A stretch of 64,000 bases of DNA from a bacterium (GCA_963674595.2 CAXXFV010000004.1:357003-421002); one strand, 5' to 3'. Positions 41,471 to 51,233 are shown, counted from the first letter of the stretch. Numbers and translations: made by a program. The notes: a model not told the origin generated them from the sequence alone.

Positions 41471-42586
41471 ACGGAAACTGTATTTCCAAAAGAGTATCAT
41501 AAAAATTTTCTGGATGATATTGACAAATCGTTTTTGACTATTGTTCTTATATCTGCAATATTTCATTTTGGTATTGTTGGACTATTTTTGTTGCGACCAT
41601 TGCCGCAGACTATTCATCAGGGTCAAATAGAAAATATTCAGGATCAGTTTGCTCATATAGTACTGGAGAGAGAAACTGAATCTATTCAAATGGCGAATAA
41701 AATAGTACCAGGTGATCAAGTTGTCTCTGATGAAGAAATTAAGCAAACCGAAAAACGACAAGCCGAAATAACGAAACGAGTTGCGGACCGTAAAAGTCAG
41801 GAAAAAACAGCAGGCGCCCAAAGACGTGGCGACGGGCAGCCGGTAATGAGTCCCACAGGACAGGTTGACGCCGATGGTTCCGGTTCCTTAACTTCAAAAC
41901 AAGCGATGAAACAACAGGTAACCCAGCAGGTAGCAAATCAGGGTTTACTTGGTGTTCTTTCAAGTACATCTAAAAATGCCCAGGGTCAGGTAGCAGGAAG
42001 TATCCTAGGTGATAATGGCTCTCAAACACAAAATCAAATCTTTGATAACTTAAATAAAATTCAAACCCCAGGTGGGGGTGGCGGTCGGTCTGATGGAAGT
42101 GCCGGTAGTTCAGCTATCGTTAGGGGTCAAAGAACAACAACAGGTGGTAAGATAGATGGAATTATCTCCGAATTAGGGTCTACTTCCACACAGGACCTGC
42201 ATCGGTCATCTGATTTTGCCGTATCACGGCTATCTCCGCTTAGTGAATCCGGTGAAGTTGGAACGGAAGGTAATGTTGCTGTTTCTTCCGGAGCTCGAGA
42301 TTTAGATCAGGTTTCGTCGACTGTTTTAGCCCATAGCTCTGCCGTACAATACTGTTACGAAAGGGAATTGAAACGAAATCCGGACCTTAAAGGTAAGGTC
42401 GTAGTAAGATTTACAATCCTTCCAAATGGTACTGTATCAAATCCAAAAATATTATCTTCAACATTGAATAATCCGAATGTAGAACGTTGTATTTTATCAC
42501 GAATTAGCAGATGGGATGATTTTGGGTCTATTGATCCATCACTTGGTAATTCGACTTTTCGACAGGTTTATACATTTGGATTTTAG
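41471..42586 (+). CDS. TonB-like energy transducer with AgmX/PglI (GltG-like) C-terminal domain; probable ACG start
   Basis: TM with SAIFH; Gly-rich linker; VQYCYERELKRNPDLKGKVVVRFTI..VERCILSRI.RW. The frame is open upstream of TTG 41534 to an ACG at 41471, which lies 8 nt after AAGGAG. Confidence 0.8.
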   Translation, partial: TETVFPKEYHKNFLDDIDKSFLTIVLISAIFHFGIVGLFLLRPLPQTIHQGQIENIQDQFAHIVLERETESIQMANKIVPGDQVVSDEEIKQTEKRQAEITKRVADRKSQEKTAGAQRRGDGQPVMSPTGQVDADGSGSLTSKQAMKQQVTQQVANQGLLGVLSSTSKNAQGQVAGSILGDNGSQTQNQIFDNLNKIQTPGGGGGRSDGSAGSSAIVRGQRTTTGGKIDGIISELGSTSTQDLHRSSDFAVSRLSPLSESGEVGTEGNVAVSSGARDLDQVSSTVLAHSSAVQYCYERELKRNPDLKGKVVVRFTILPNGTVSNPKILSSTLNNPNVERCILSRISRWDDFGSIDPSLGNSTFRQVYTFGF

Positions 42587-42687
42587 AAAATCCAACCTTT
42601 TTTATTGATTTCTTGAAATTAAAAATTTAAATTTTATCTTGCTGGAAATAATATCCGGCCATATTAATAGTAAAATAAGGATAATTT

Positions 42688-44457
42688 ATGAAGTTTAAGC
42701 GAACACATAATTGTGGTGAATTAAATAATAGTTATAAGGAAAAAGATGCATCATTAATGGGGTGGGTAGATAAAAGAAGAGATCATGGTGGCCTTATATT
42801 TATAGATTTAAGAGATCGATATGGAATTACCCAGGTTCGTATAGATCCCTCTTCGAGTGCTTATGAAGAAGCTAAAAAATTAAGATCGGAATTTGTCGTT
42901 GCTTTTAAAGGTATTATAAAAGCAAGACCGGATGGTATGATAAATCCTAAACTTGCAACAGGTGAAATTGAGCTGGTTGCCAGTGAAATAGAAGTATTGA
43001 ATACTGCTTTAACCCCTCCTTTTCATATCAGTGGTGACTCTAATGCTTCTGAAGACCTTCGCTTGCAATACCGCTATCTTGATTTAAGACGGCCTTATAT
43101 GCAAAATAATTTGATTATACGTCATCAAACAGCGCAACTTGTAAGAAATTTTCTAACAGAAAATGAATTTATTGAAATAGAAACTCCGTTCCTGATGAAA
43201 AGTACGCCGGAAGGCGCCCGGGATTATCTTGTTCCCAGCCGTGTGTGGAAAGGCCGCTTTTTTGCCCTGCCACAATCTCCCCAGCAATATAAACAATTGT
43301 TGATGGTAGCTGGTTATGAACGTTATTTCCAGATTGTAAAATGCTTCCGTGATGAAGATTTACGGGCCGACAGACAGCCCGAGTTTACTCAAATCGATAT
43401 GGAAATGTCATTTATTGATGAACAAGACATTATGAATATCGTTGAAAATTTGATCTCTAAAATCCTCAAAACCGTTAAAGGAATTGATATTTCTTTACCT
43501 ATACAGCGTATTCCTTATAAAACAGCTATAGAAAAATATGGTATTGACAGACCGGATTTAAGATTTGGTTTAGAGATAGAAAATATTTCAGATATTGTTA
43601 AAGATTCTGATTTTCAGGTATTTAAAGATACAGTAGCGGCCGGTAATGTAGTTGCCGGTATTTGTTTGCCAAAATGTGCAAGTTATTCGAGAAAACAGAC
43701 AGATGATTTGATTTTATATGCCAAAGAACTTGGCGCAAAGGGACTGGTGCCAATTAAAGTCAAAGATGGAGATTGGGACAGCTCTCTGAAAAAGTTTTTT
43801 AATGATGATATTCGGAAAAATGTCATCAAAGCTTTTGATGCCAAGGACGGTGATTTACTTCTTATTGTTGCAGATAAATATGATCTTACTTTTTCTATTT
43901 TAGGAAATTTACGATTAAAGCTGGCAAAAGAAGAAAACCTGATAGATACAAGCCTTTACAAGCTTGCATGGGTTGTAGATTTTCCGTTGTTTGAATATAA
44001 TGAAGATGAAAATCGCTATGTAGCCCGACATCATCCGTTTACTTCGCCCGTGCCTGAAGATGAAGATAAACTTTTTTCTGATCCTGAAAACGTTAAAGCC
44101 CGTGCTTATGATCTTATTCTTAACGGATTGGAAATTGCCGGGGGTAGTATAAGAATTTCTACCAATGAGTTACAATCTAAAATGTTTAGTGCATTGAACA
44201 TATCGGAAACAGAAGCGCAGGAAAAATTCGGATTTTTATTAAATGCCTTGCAATATGGTGCACCACCTCATGGTGGAATTGCCTTTGGTTTTGACCGGCT
44301 TATTATGATATTGACCGGATCCCCATCAATCCGTGATGTTATAGCCTTTCCAAAAACAGCAAGTGCTATGTCATTGATGGACGGTGCGCCATCTGGTATA
44401 AGCCGTGAACAATTGAATGAATTAGGGCTTATTTTAAAGGTTCCAAAAGCAGAATAG
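42688..44457 (+). CDS. aspS: Aspartate-tRNA ligase, probably non-discriminating
   Basis: RTHNCG, RRDHGG (His marker) and RPDG (Gly marker), STPEGARDY, FRDEDLRADRQPEF, GAPPHGG. Confidence 0.97.
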   Translation: MKFKRTHNCGELNNSYKEKDASLMGWVDKRRDHGGLIFIDLRDRYGITQVRIDPSSSAYEEAKKLRSEFVVAFKGIIKARPDGMINPKLATGEIELVASEIEVLNTALTPPFHISGDSNASEDLRLQYRYLDLRRPYMQNNLIIRHQTAQLVRNFLTENEFIEIETPFLMKSTPEGARDYLVPSRVWKGRFFALPQSPQQYKQLLMVAGYERYFQIVKCFRDEDLRADRQPEFTQIDMEMSFIDEQDIMNIVENLISKILKTVKGIDISLPIQRIPYKTAIEKYGIDRPDLRFGLEIENISDIVKDSDFQVFKDTVAAGNVVAGICLPKCASYSRKQTDDLILYAKELGAKGLVPIKVKDGDWDSSLKKFFNDDIRKNVIKAFDAKDGDLLLIVADKYDLTFSILGNLRLKLAKEENLIDTSLYKLAWVVDFPLFEYNEDENRYVARHHPFTSPVPEDEDKLFSDPENVKARAYDLILNGLEIAGGSIRISTNELQSKMFSALNISETEAQEKFGFLLNALQYGAPPHGGIAFGFDRLIMILTGSPSIRDVIAFPKTASAMSLMDGAPSGISREQLNELGLILKVPKAE

Positions 44458-44540
44458 TTGTTATTTTATAAAAATACTAGTGAAATGTGGCATAAATTGG
44501 ATTGTTATAACAGTTTAAAGAAGATATTTCCATTTTCCTC

Positions 44541-44569
44541 TTGACAATTTAGCATTTTTTTATTAAAAT
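44541..44569 (+). promoter_or_regulatory. Sigma70 promoter for the lipoprotein-LysM pair
   Basis: TTGACA-17 nt-TAAAAT. Confidence 0.7.
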
Positions 44570-44665
44570 GAACTCACATTTCTATCGTATTGAAAATTTT
44601 TATTTTCCAAAAGTTTTGTTTATCAATTACAAAAAAAAGGCATGCCGAAAGGAGGTGTTGAGTTG

Positions 44666-44938
44666 ATGAAAAAGGTGCTTCGATTATTAGTTGTTTTTTC
44701 GACCATCTTTATGCTGAGTTTTTCATTTCTACTGACAGGGTGTCATAACAGCCCTAATGCTGAAGAACTGCAGGCTCTGGAAGAATCAAAAGCTGCTGCT
44801 TTAGCTGCAGAAGAAAAACAATCAGCATGTGAAAGCGAAAAGGCAGAGTTAGAAAAGCAACTTGCTGCAAAGAAACAAGAATTACAAGAAATGAAACAAG
44901 AACAAGAAGCTGTAAGTAAAAGACTGGCAGCTATGTAA
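44666..44938 (+). CDS. Small Ala/Glu/Lys-rich coiled-coil lipoprotein
   Basis: AAGGAGGTG SD; MKK..LLTGC lipobox; heptad-rich mature part. Confidence 0.8.
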   Translation: MKKVLRLLVVFSTIFMLSFSFLLTGCHNSPNAEELQALEESKAAALAAEEKQSACESEKAELEKQLAAKKQELQEMKQEQEAVSKRLAAM

Positions 44939-44981
44939 AAAGTGGCAATTAATATGAACAAAATCCCTGGAGGGAAAGCGA

Positions 44982-45833
44982 ATGAGAATTTCTAATAAAG
45001 TATTCTTCATTTTTGCTTTAGCACTTTCCTTCTCGTTGCTGTTCGGCTCTTCTTTGATGGCTCAAGAAAAAATGTCTATGGAAGAATATAAAGCCCAGTT
45101 ACAAGAGTGGCAAACAAGAGAAGTAGATGCAAAAAAAGCAAGTGAAGATTGTGGTTCTGCAGTTGAAGGCCTGAAAGGCGAGATTGAAACTGCTCAGGCT
45201 GAAATCGATAAAACATGGGGTGAAATACTGGCTGAAATCGGTACAGATCAAGCTGGTGTTGATGCATATCGTGCCGAATTGAAAGCTATTGAAGCTGAAG
45301 TTGATGGTCTTTTAGCTCTTTCACCGGAAGAACTTTTCAAACGCCGCAAAGAAGTTTGTGCCTTGGAAGAGAAACTGGCTGCTGCTAAAGAGAACAAAAT
45401 TTCTGCTTTAACTGAAATGCAGGACATTATTGCAACAATCGAAGGAAAAATTACTCGATTGAAAAACAAAATGCCAAAAGCCGTTTACGATGAATATTCA
45501 GTTGTCGTGGGTGACTATTTGTGGAAGATCTCTGGAAAAGAAGACATTTATAATGATCCGACACATTGGATGAGAATCTATTCTTATAACAAAGAACAGA
45601 TCAAAGATCCTGACTTGATTTACCCGGAACAGGTTTTCAAAATTCAACGTGAAGTTGGTCCGGATGAATACCTTGTTGGAAAAGGTGACTATCTGGTTAA
45701 AATTGCAGGAAATGCCGATGTTTTAGGTGATGCTGCAAAATGGACCAAAGTATATGAGAAAAATAAAGACATTATCGGTGAAGATCCCAACACGATTTTC
45801 CCGCATACTGTTTTGGTAATTCCGAGGGATTAA
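44982..45833 (+). CDS. Secreted coiled-coil protein with two C-terminal LysM domains
   Basis: Signal peptide; YSVVVGDYLWKIS..W..IY..N..I.DPDLIYPEQ and YLVGKGDYLVKIA..W..VY..N..I..DPNTIFP. Confidence 0.88.
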   Translation: MRISNKVFFIFALALSFSLLFGSSLMAQEKMSMEEYKAQLQEWQTREVDAKKASEDCGSAVEGLKGEIETAQAEIDKTWGEILAEIGTDQAGVDAYRAELKAIEAEVDGLLALSPEELFKRRKEVCALEEKLAAAKENKISALTEMQDIIATIEGKITRLKNKMPKAVYDEYSVVVGDYLWKISGKEDIYNDPTHWMRIYSYNKEQIKDPDLIYPEQVFKIQREVGPDEYLVGKGDYLVKIAGNADVLGDAAKWTKVYEKNKDIIGEDPNTIFPHTVLVIPRD

Positions 45834-45981
45834 TTAATTGACGTTTTTAATTAATTATATGATCCGGTAGGTTGACTCGTTTTTGTAAATTAGTAATGCT
45901 TATTTAATAATACGGCTTTTTAAAGAAAATAAATTTACTGAATACGAGTTAATATATATGGAATACCAGTGATAAAATTTA

Positions 45982-46026
45982 GACTCTCGGCCTTGTTGCA
46001 TAAATAGGTCGAGAGTTTTTTGTTTT
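45982..46026 (+). terminator. Rho-independent terminator upstream of phoH
   Basis: actctcggcct/aggtcgagagt stem followed by a T-tract. Confidence 0.7.
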
Positions 46027-46051
46027 AAAATATGAATATTAGAGAGGTTGC

Positions 46052-47020
46052 TTGAATACGGAAAATTTCACCGAAAAGAAAATATCATTAAGAGGAATTG
46101 ACCTGCTGGATTTTTATGGTCCTCAGGATAGGAATATAAAATTACTTGAAAATTTGCTGGATGCAAAACTATTTGCCAGGGGTAATGAAATTCTTTTTAA
46201 AGGAGAAGCCAAGCAAGTAGAAACGGCTGAGCGTGTTATATCTGAAATAATTCGTATTATCAGCCAAAAAGGCAGTATAAACCTGGAAAATATTGAAACT
46301 ATAATTCGACTATCTGATTGGGAAAATAATAAACTCCCTCAACCGGCCGAATCAGAACAAGTTATCCTCTATACCAAAAAGAGTATGATTAAGCCCCGGA
46401 CAGATGGTCAAATAAAATATTGGAAATCAGCAAACAAAAATGATATCGTCTGTGCCATTGGACCTGCGGGAACAGGTAAAACCTTTTTAGCGGTTGCTAT
46501 TGCCGTTGCCAAACTGAGGGATAAAGTTGTCGATCGAATCATTTTATGCCGGCCCGCTGTTGAAGCCGGTGAAAGTTTGGGTTTTTTACCCGGTGATTTT
46601 AAAGAAAAGATAGATCCTTACCTGCGGCCGCTTTATGATGCCTTGTACGATATGGTCCCACTTGATAAATTGAAAAGACAGTTGGATTCGAGTATTATCG
46701 AGATCGTTCCTCTGGCCTATATGAGAGGACGGACCTTAAATAACTGCTTTGTCATTCTCGACGAAGCTCAGAATACAACCCCGTTACAAATGAAAATGTT
46801 TCTAACTCGTTTGGGTGCAAATTCGCAGGCAATTATAACGGGTGATGTAACACAAGTTGATCTGCCAACGAAACAGGAATCCGGCCTCATCCATATTCAG
46901 AAAATTTTAAAGAATATTGATGGTATCGGATTTGTTTCATTAACCGATAGAGATGTTGTAAGACATCCGTTAGTTAGAGAAATCATTAAAGCTTATGAAA
47001 AATATGAACTCGAAAAATAG
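46052..47020 (+). CDS. phoH: PhoH family ATPase (YbeZ-like)
   Basis: GPAGTGKT, RPAVEAGESLGFLPGD, PLAYMRGRTL, DEAQN, DVVRHPLV. Confidence 0.95.
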   Translation: MNTENFTEKKISLRGIDLLDFYGPQDRNIKLLENLLDAKLFARGNEILFKGEAKQVETAERVISEIIRIISQKGSINLENIETIIRLSDWENNKLPQPAESEQVILYTKKSMIKPRTDGQIKYWKSANKNDIVCAIGPAGTGKTFLAVAIAVAKLRDKVVDRIILCRPAVEAGESLGFLPGDFKEKIDPYLRPLYDALYDMVPLDKLKRQLDSSIIEIVPLAYMRGRTLNNCFVILDEAQNTTPLQMKMFLTRLGANSQAIITGDVTQVDLPTKQESGLIHIQKILKNIDGIGFVSLTDRDVVRHPLVREIIKAYEKYELEK

Positions 47021-47053
47021 TTTTATTTTTAATAGCGGAAAAATTGAATTAAA

Positions 47054-49375
47054 ATGAGATTTTCAAAATATTTTAAACTAAAAAATCCATCAAAACGAAC
47101 TATTGATCGTTCAAACAATATCAGTCGATTTGAATGGATAAAAAAGTATGGAACTGATATAACCATTACAATCGTTTTTGCCATATTTTTGACCCTTTTG
47201 TTTCCTGCCGGCAAGTCATTTCAATTTACCGATTTAAAGGAGGGACGTGTTTATGTTGGTTCTGAAATAATCGCTCCCTTTACCTTTCCTGTAAATAAAA
47301 ATAATGAAGAATATGCTGCTGATATTAAAGAGGCTAAAAGTCAGGTTGCGCCTGTATTTACAAATAATCCGGAAATTGAACTGGCTGAAAAACAAAAATT
47401 AAATAATTTTATCGGAACAATTAAAAGTTTATTAAGCTCACAGGATACTTATTATAGTGATGTACAGAACGTTGTTAAAAACGAAGGAATTATCATTTCT
47501 GATGACGACCTGATTAATTTATTCGTTGCCGGTGAAGCAAAATCTGCCTATCAGCCTAACGGAGGCGTTACCTCCGAAATTGTTAAAAAACGTTTAGAAA
47601 TATTTTCTGTTATTGTTCATGCGATAGAAGAACTGGTTAAGGAATTTTATTCTACGGGAATTCTGGATCAACCCAGGGATAAGGTTGATCCTGGAAGTAA
47701 AAAAGTATCGGTTCGCAAAAATAATCACGAGTTGCTGGAAGATTTAAACTATTATTTTGATCCTCAAGATGTTAATGATAAATTTTTAGAAAAGTTACGA
47801 AATAATTATAAAATTGATGACTGGAAGATAAAAATTGCCTATCAATTTGGTGTGCATTTTATTGTTCCGAATATAATATTTGATGATCAGGAAACATTGA
47901 ATCGAGTGGAAGACGCCATTGCAAATGTACCGCTTGCAAAAGACCAGGTTCTTGCCGGTGAACGTATTATTGACAGTCATGAAAGAATTACAAAGTACCA
48001 TATCGAAAGATTGAATTCTTTGGCTGTTGCCAAAGCAGAGCAAGGTGACACTCAAGGTTTTTGGGGCTGGTTTTTACCTTATTTAGGCAAGTTTTTATAT
48101 GTTTTATTTATTTTGAGTATTTTTATTATATTTTTATGGAGAAGCAACAGGGCCTTACTTGAAAACCGAAAACAACTTTTATTAATCGTTTTAACTATAG
48201 CTATTGTAGCCATTATAACATTTTTATTAAACCAGTTTTCATTATCATCATTCTTAATTCCCGTAACCTTGGGCGCTATTATTATAACCATATTTTTTGA
48301 TAGTTTTATTGGAATTCTTGTTACCCTGGTGATTAGTCTGCTGGTGGGCGCCATTCGCGGAAATGAATATGCTATTACATTCATTTCACTTTTTGCCAGC
48401 TCGGTTGCTATTTTAACCGTTAGCCGAGTTCGAACACGAAATTGGGTGCTTCGTGCTATTGCTGCGATTGCTGTTGCTTATACGTTGGCTATCATGGTCA
48501 ATGGTTTGGTTAATTATCAACCTTTCCGGGAAATATTGGGTGATGTGGGTTATGGCCTGATAAACGGATTTTTAGCCCCAATTTTTGCTTATGGATTGGT
48601 AATTATTTTTGAATTTGTTTTTGAAATGACTACGGATATGACCCTGTTGGAGCTCTCGGATTTGAACCAACCCTTGCTCAGACAATTGGCCCTCCAGGCT
48701 CCCGGAACATACCATCACAGTATTCTGGTTGGTAATTTGGCCGAAGCAGCAACAGAAGCTGTTGGCGGAAATGCTCTTCTTGCCCGGGTCGGGTCCTATT
48801 ATCATGATATTGGCAAAATGGAAAAGCCGGGATATTTTGTTGAAAACCAAACCAAAGGCCGGAATCCTCAGGAGAAATTAACACCATCCATGAGTTCTAT
48901 GATTTTATTAAATCATGTGCGCAAGGGTGTTGATATGGCAAAACAAAACAGTTTGCCAAATGAAATTATCGCTTTTATAAATCAACACCATGGAACAGGT
49001 TTAATAAAATATTTTTATCAAAAAGCCCTTGAACAAAGCAGCGAAGATTCGGTTTCAGAAAATAATTTTCGCTATCCCGGACCACGTCCTCAAACCATAG
49101 AAACCGCAATTGTTATGCTGGCGGATGGTATAGAAGCGGCTTCACGAACCATGAAAAATCCTCCTCCCAATCGAATTAAAGGTATGGTTGAACAGTTTAT
49201 CGATGAGAGGTTTAAAAGCGGCGAGTTGGATGAGTCGCCATTAACGCTTAAAGATTTATCCAAAATTTCCGAAGCTTTTCAAAAGATTTTAATCGGCATA
49301 TTTCATGGTCGTATTGAATATCCCGATCCTGTGGATAAAAATAATAAAAAAGGAGTAACTTTTAATAAAGAATAG
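47054..49375 (+). CDS. 7TM-HD (HDIG) phosphohydrolase, PgpH-like
   Basis: Extracytoplasmic domain, seven TM segments, APGTYHHS, YYHDIGK, HHGT, RYPGPRP, MLADGIEAA. Confidence 0.9.
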   Translation: MRFSKYFKLKNPSKRTIDRSNNISRFEWIKKYGTDITITIVFAIFLTLLFPAGKSFQFTDLKEGRVYVGSEIIAPFTFPVNKNNEEYAADIKEAKSQVAPVFTNNPEIELAEKQKLNNFIGTIKSLLSSQDTYYSDVQNVVKNEGIIISDDDLINLFVAGEAKSAYQPNGGVTSEIVKKRLEIFSVIVHAIEELVKEFYSTGILDQPRDKVDPGSKKVSVRKNNHELLEDLNYYFDPQDVNDKFLEKLRNNYKIDDWKIKIAYQFGVHFIVPNIIFDDQETLNRVEDAIANVPLAKDQVLAGERIIDSHERITKYHIERLNSLAVAKAEQGDTQGFWGWFLPYLGKFLYVLFILSIFIIFLWRSNRALLENRKQLLLIVLTIAIVAIITFLLNQFSLSSFLIPVTLGAIIITIFFDSFIGILVTLVISLLVGAIRGNEYAITFISLFASSVAILTVSRVRTRNWVLRAIAAIAVAYTLAIMVNGLVNYQPFREILGDVGYGLINGFLAPIFAYGLVIIFEFVFEMTTDMTLLELSDLNQPLLRQLALQAPGTYHHSILVGNLAEAATEAVGGNALLARVGSYYHDIGKMEKPGYFVENQTKGRNPQEKLTPSMSSMILLNHVRKGVDMAKQNSLPNEIIAFINQHHGTGLIKYFYQKALEQSSEDSVSENNFRYPGPRPQTIETAIVMLADGIEAASRTMKNPPPNRIKGMVEQFIDERFKSGELDESPLTLKDLSKISEAFQKILIGIFHGRIEYPDPVDKNNKKGVTFNKE

Positions 49376-49823
49376 AAATATAATTAATATCGTTAATCCT
49401 TTTTCAATTGGATTAAGCAATTTCATCATCCAAGTTTTAGTAAATTGGATTATTAAAGACGAAAAAAGATTTGAAAAATGGTTAATAGCTGTTATATTTA
49501 CTAATGATGAATATATTATTTCATTAAATCAAAATTATTTTCAGAAAAATACAACGACAGATGTCATTTCATTTAATGTTATGCAGGAACAGGATTTTTG
49601 TGAAGGTGAAATTTATATTTGTGTTGATCAGGCAAAAAGACAGGCACTTCAATACAATGTTTCTGTTGAAAATGAATGTGCAAGACTGGTAGCACATGGC
49701 ATTTATCATTTACTTGGATATACCGATGAAACATTTGAAAAAAGAAGTTATATGAAAATGAAAGAAGACAGTGCTTTAAATTTTATTTTTTCAAATTTTT
49801 CTGAAAATTTTATAAATAATTAA
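49365..49823 (+). CDS. ybeY: rRNA maturation endoribonuclease YbeY; start probably non-canonical
   Basis: Frame open from 49359 with no ATG/GTG/TTG until 49581; conserved LNQNYF..TTDVISF lies upstream of that ATG; GEIYIC, HGIYHLLGY; ATA at 49365 follows AGGAG. Confidence 0.8.
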   Translation: MKNRNIINIVNPFSIGLSNFIIQVLVNWIIKDEKRFEKWLIAVIFTNDEYIISLNQNYFQKNTTTDVISFNVMQEQDFCEGEIYICVDQAKRQALQYNVSVENECARLVAHGIYHLLGYTDETFEKRSYMKMKEDSALNFIFSNFSENFINN

Positions 49824-49848
49824 TGTAACAAAGGAGGATTATACCACT

Positions 49849-51147
49849 TTGGATGTTGACCCTGCGAGTTTTATAGGCGTTTTTTTTATTTTGTTGTTTC
49901 TATCAGCCTTTTTTTCCGGCTCTGAAACTGCCTTTTTCTCTCTTAATCAATTGACTATAGAAAAATTGGCCCAACAAAAGAAAAAAGGTGCGGGGCGTGT
50001 TGTTCGTTTATTAAATCATCCTCGCCGACTTTTAATTACGATACTCATTGGTAACACACTTGTTAATGTTTCTGCTGCTGCAATTGCCACTATTCTAACC
50101 ACTCAAAGCTGCGAGCGGTTTGGGATTAATCAAAGCATAGGAATAATATTTAATATAGTTGTCGTTACTTTTCTCATTCTGGTTCTTTCCGAAATTACTC
50201 CAAAAATTTTCGCTGTTAAAAATGCTGAAGTTTTTGCTCTGCGCGTTTCAGCCCTTGTTTCCATCGTCTATTTTGTTTTTTTTCCAATTACAATCATTAT
50301 TGACAAATCTGTCGCCTTGTTGACTGGAATATTTAAAATTCGGGAATCAAAGGAAGAAGCTTTTTTACATGCAAGTGAATTTCAGGCGCTTCTTGAATTA
50401 GGAGAAGAACAAGGAGAGCTGGAAGAAGAAGAAAAAGAAATGATTCATTCCATTTTTGAATTTGGTGACACCATTGTTCGCGAAATAATGGTACCAAGAA
50501 CTGATATGGTTTGTGTTTCTGATGACACTTGTTTGACAGACCTTATTCAAATAATTAAAGAAAGAGGACATACGCGCATTCCTATCTTCCGGGAGAGCAT
50601 TGATAAAATTCAGGGAATTATCAACGCTAAAGACCTTTTACCGATTATTTCAAATTCGACTAAAAAGTTTGAAATTTCTTCGCTTGCCCGTCCGGCCATA
50701 TTTGTACCGGAAGGGAAAAAAATTGACGAGCTGTTACGGTTATTTCAAAAAGAACGGCAACATTTGGCAATTGTTGTTGACGAATATGGTGGTACATCCG
50801 GGCTTGTAACTTTGGAAGATGTTATCGAGGAAATTGTCGGAGATATTCGGGACGAATATGATCAGGAACAAGCTTTGTATAAAAAGATCAATGAAAATTC
50901 TTTTCTGGTCAGTGCCAAAATAGATGTTGAATCATTGAACAATTTATTGGATATAAATATACCTATAAAAGACGAATATGATACTTTGGGTGGATTTATT
51001 TTGGAAATCCTTGGCTCTGTGCCAACCACAAAGGATATTATCAATCATGGTGATTATGAGCTTATTATGGAAAAAGTTGAAAAGAACCGCATAATATCGG
51101 TTCAAATTAATTATAAACCACAACCTATCCAACATGATGATGATTAA
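49849..51147 (+). CDS. CNNM/CorC (hemolysin family) DUF21-CBS-CorC protein
   Basis: SAFFSGSETA, ILIGNTLVN, EITPK, VREIMVPR, VVDEYGGTSGLVTLEDVIEEIVG. Confidence 0.93.
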   Translation: MDVDPASFIGVFFILLFLSAFFSGSETAFFSLNQLTIEKLAQQKKKGAGRVVRLLNHPRRLLITILIGNTLVNVSAAAIATILTTQSCERFGINQSIGIIFNIVVVTFLILVLSEITPKIFAVKNAEVFALRVSALVSIVYFVFFPITIIIDKSVALLTGIFKIRESKEEAFLHASEFQALLELGEEQGELEEEEKEMIHSIFEFGDTIVREIMVPRTDMVCVSDDTCLTDLIQIIKERGHTRIPIFRESIDKIQGIINAKDLLPIISNSTKKFEISSLARPAIFVPEGKKIDELLRLFQKERQHLAIVVDEYGGTSGLVTLEDVIEEIVGDIRDEYDQEQALYKKINENSFLVSAKIDVESLNNLLDINIPIKDEYDTLGGFILEILGSVPTTKDIINHGDYELIMEKVEKNRIISVQINYKPQPIQHDDD

Positions 51148-51233
51148 AATTTGCTTGAATTTAATAAAAATTTTTGATAAACTTTTAAATGTGATAAATA
51201 AAATGAAACTGATAATCCCAAATGGAGGGGTTA

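Noticed and set aside
44488-44503. TGGCATAAATTGG as a second sigma54 promoter
   Set aside because: No GC at the -12 position with GG-N10 spacing; a good sigma70 promoter lies just downstream
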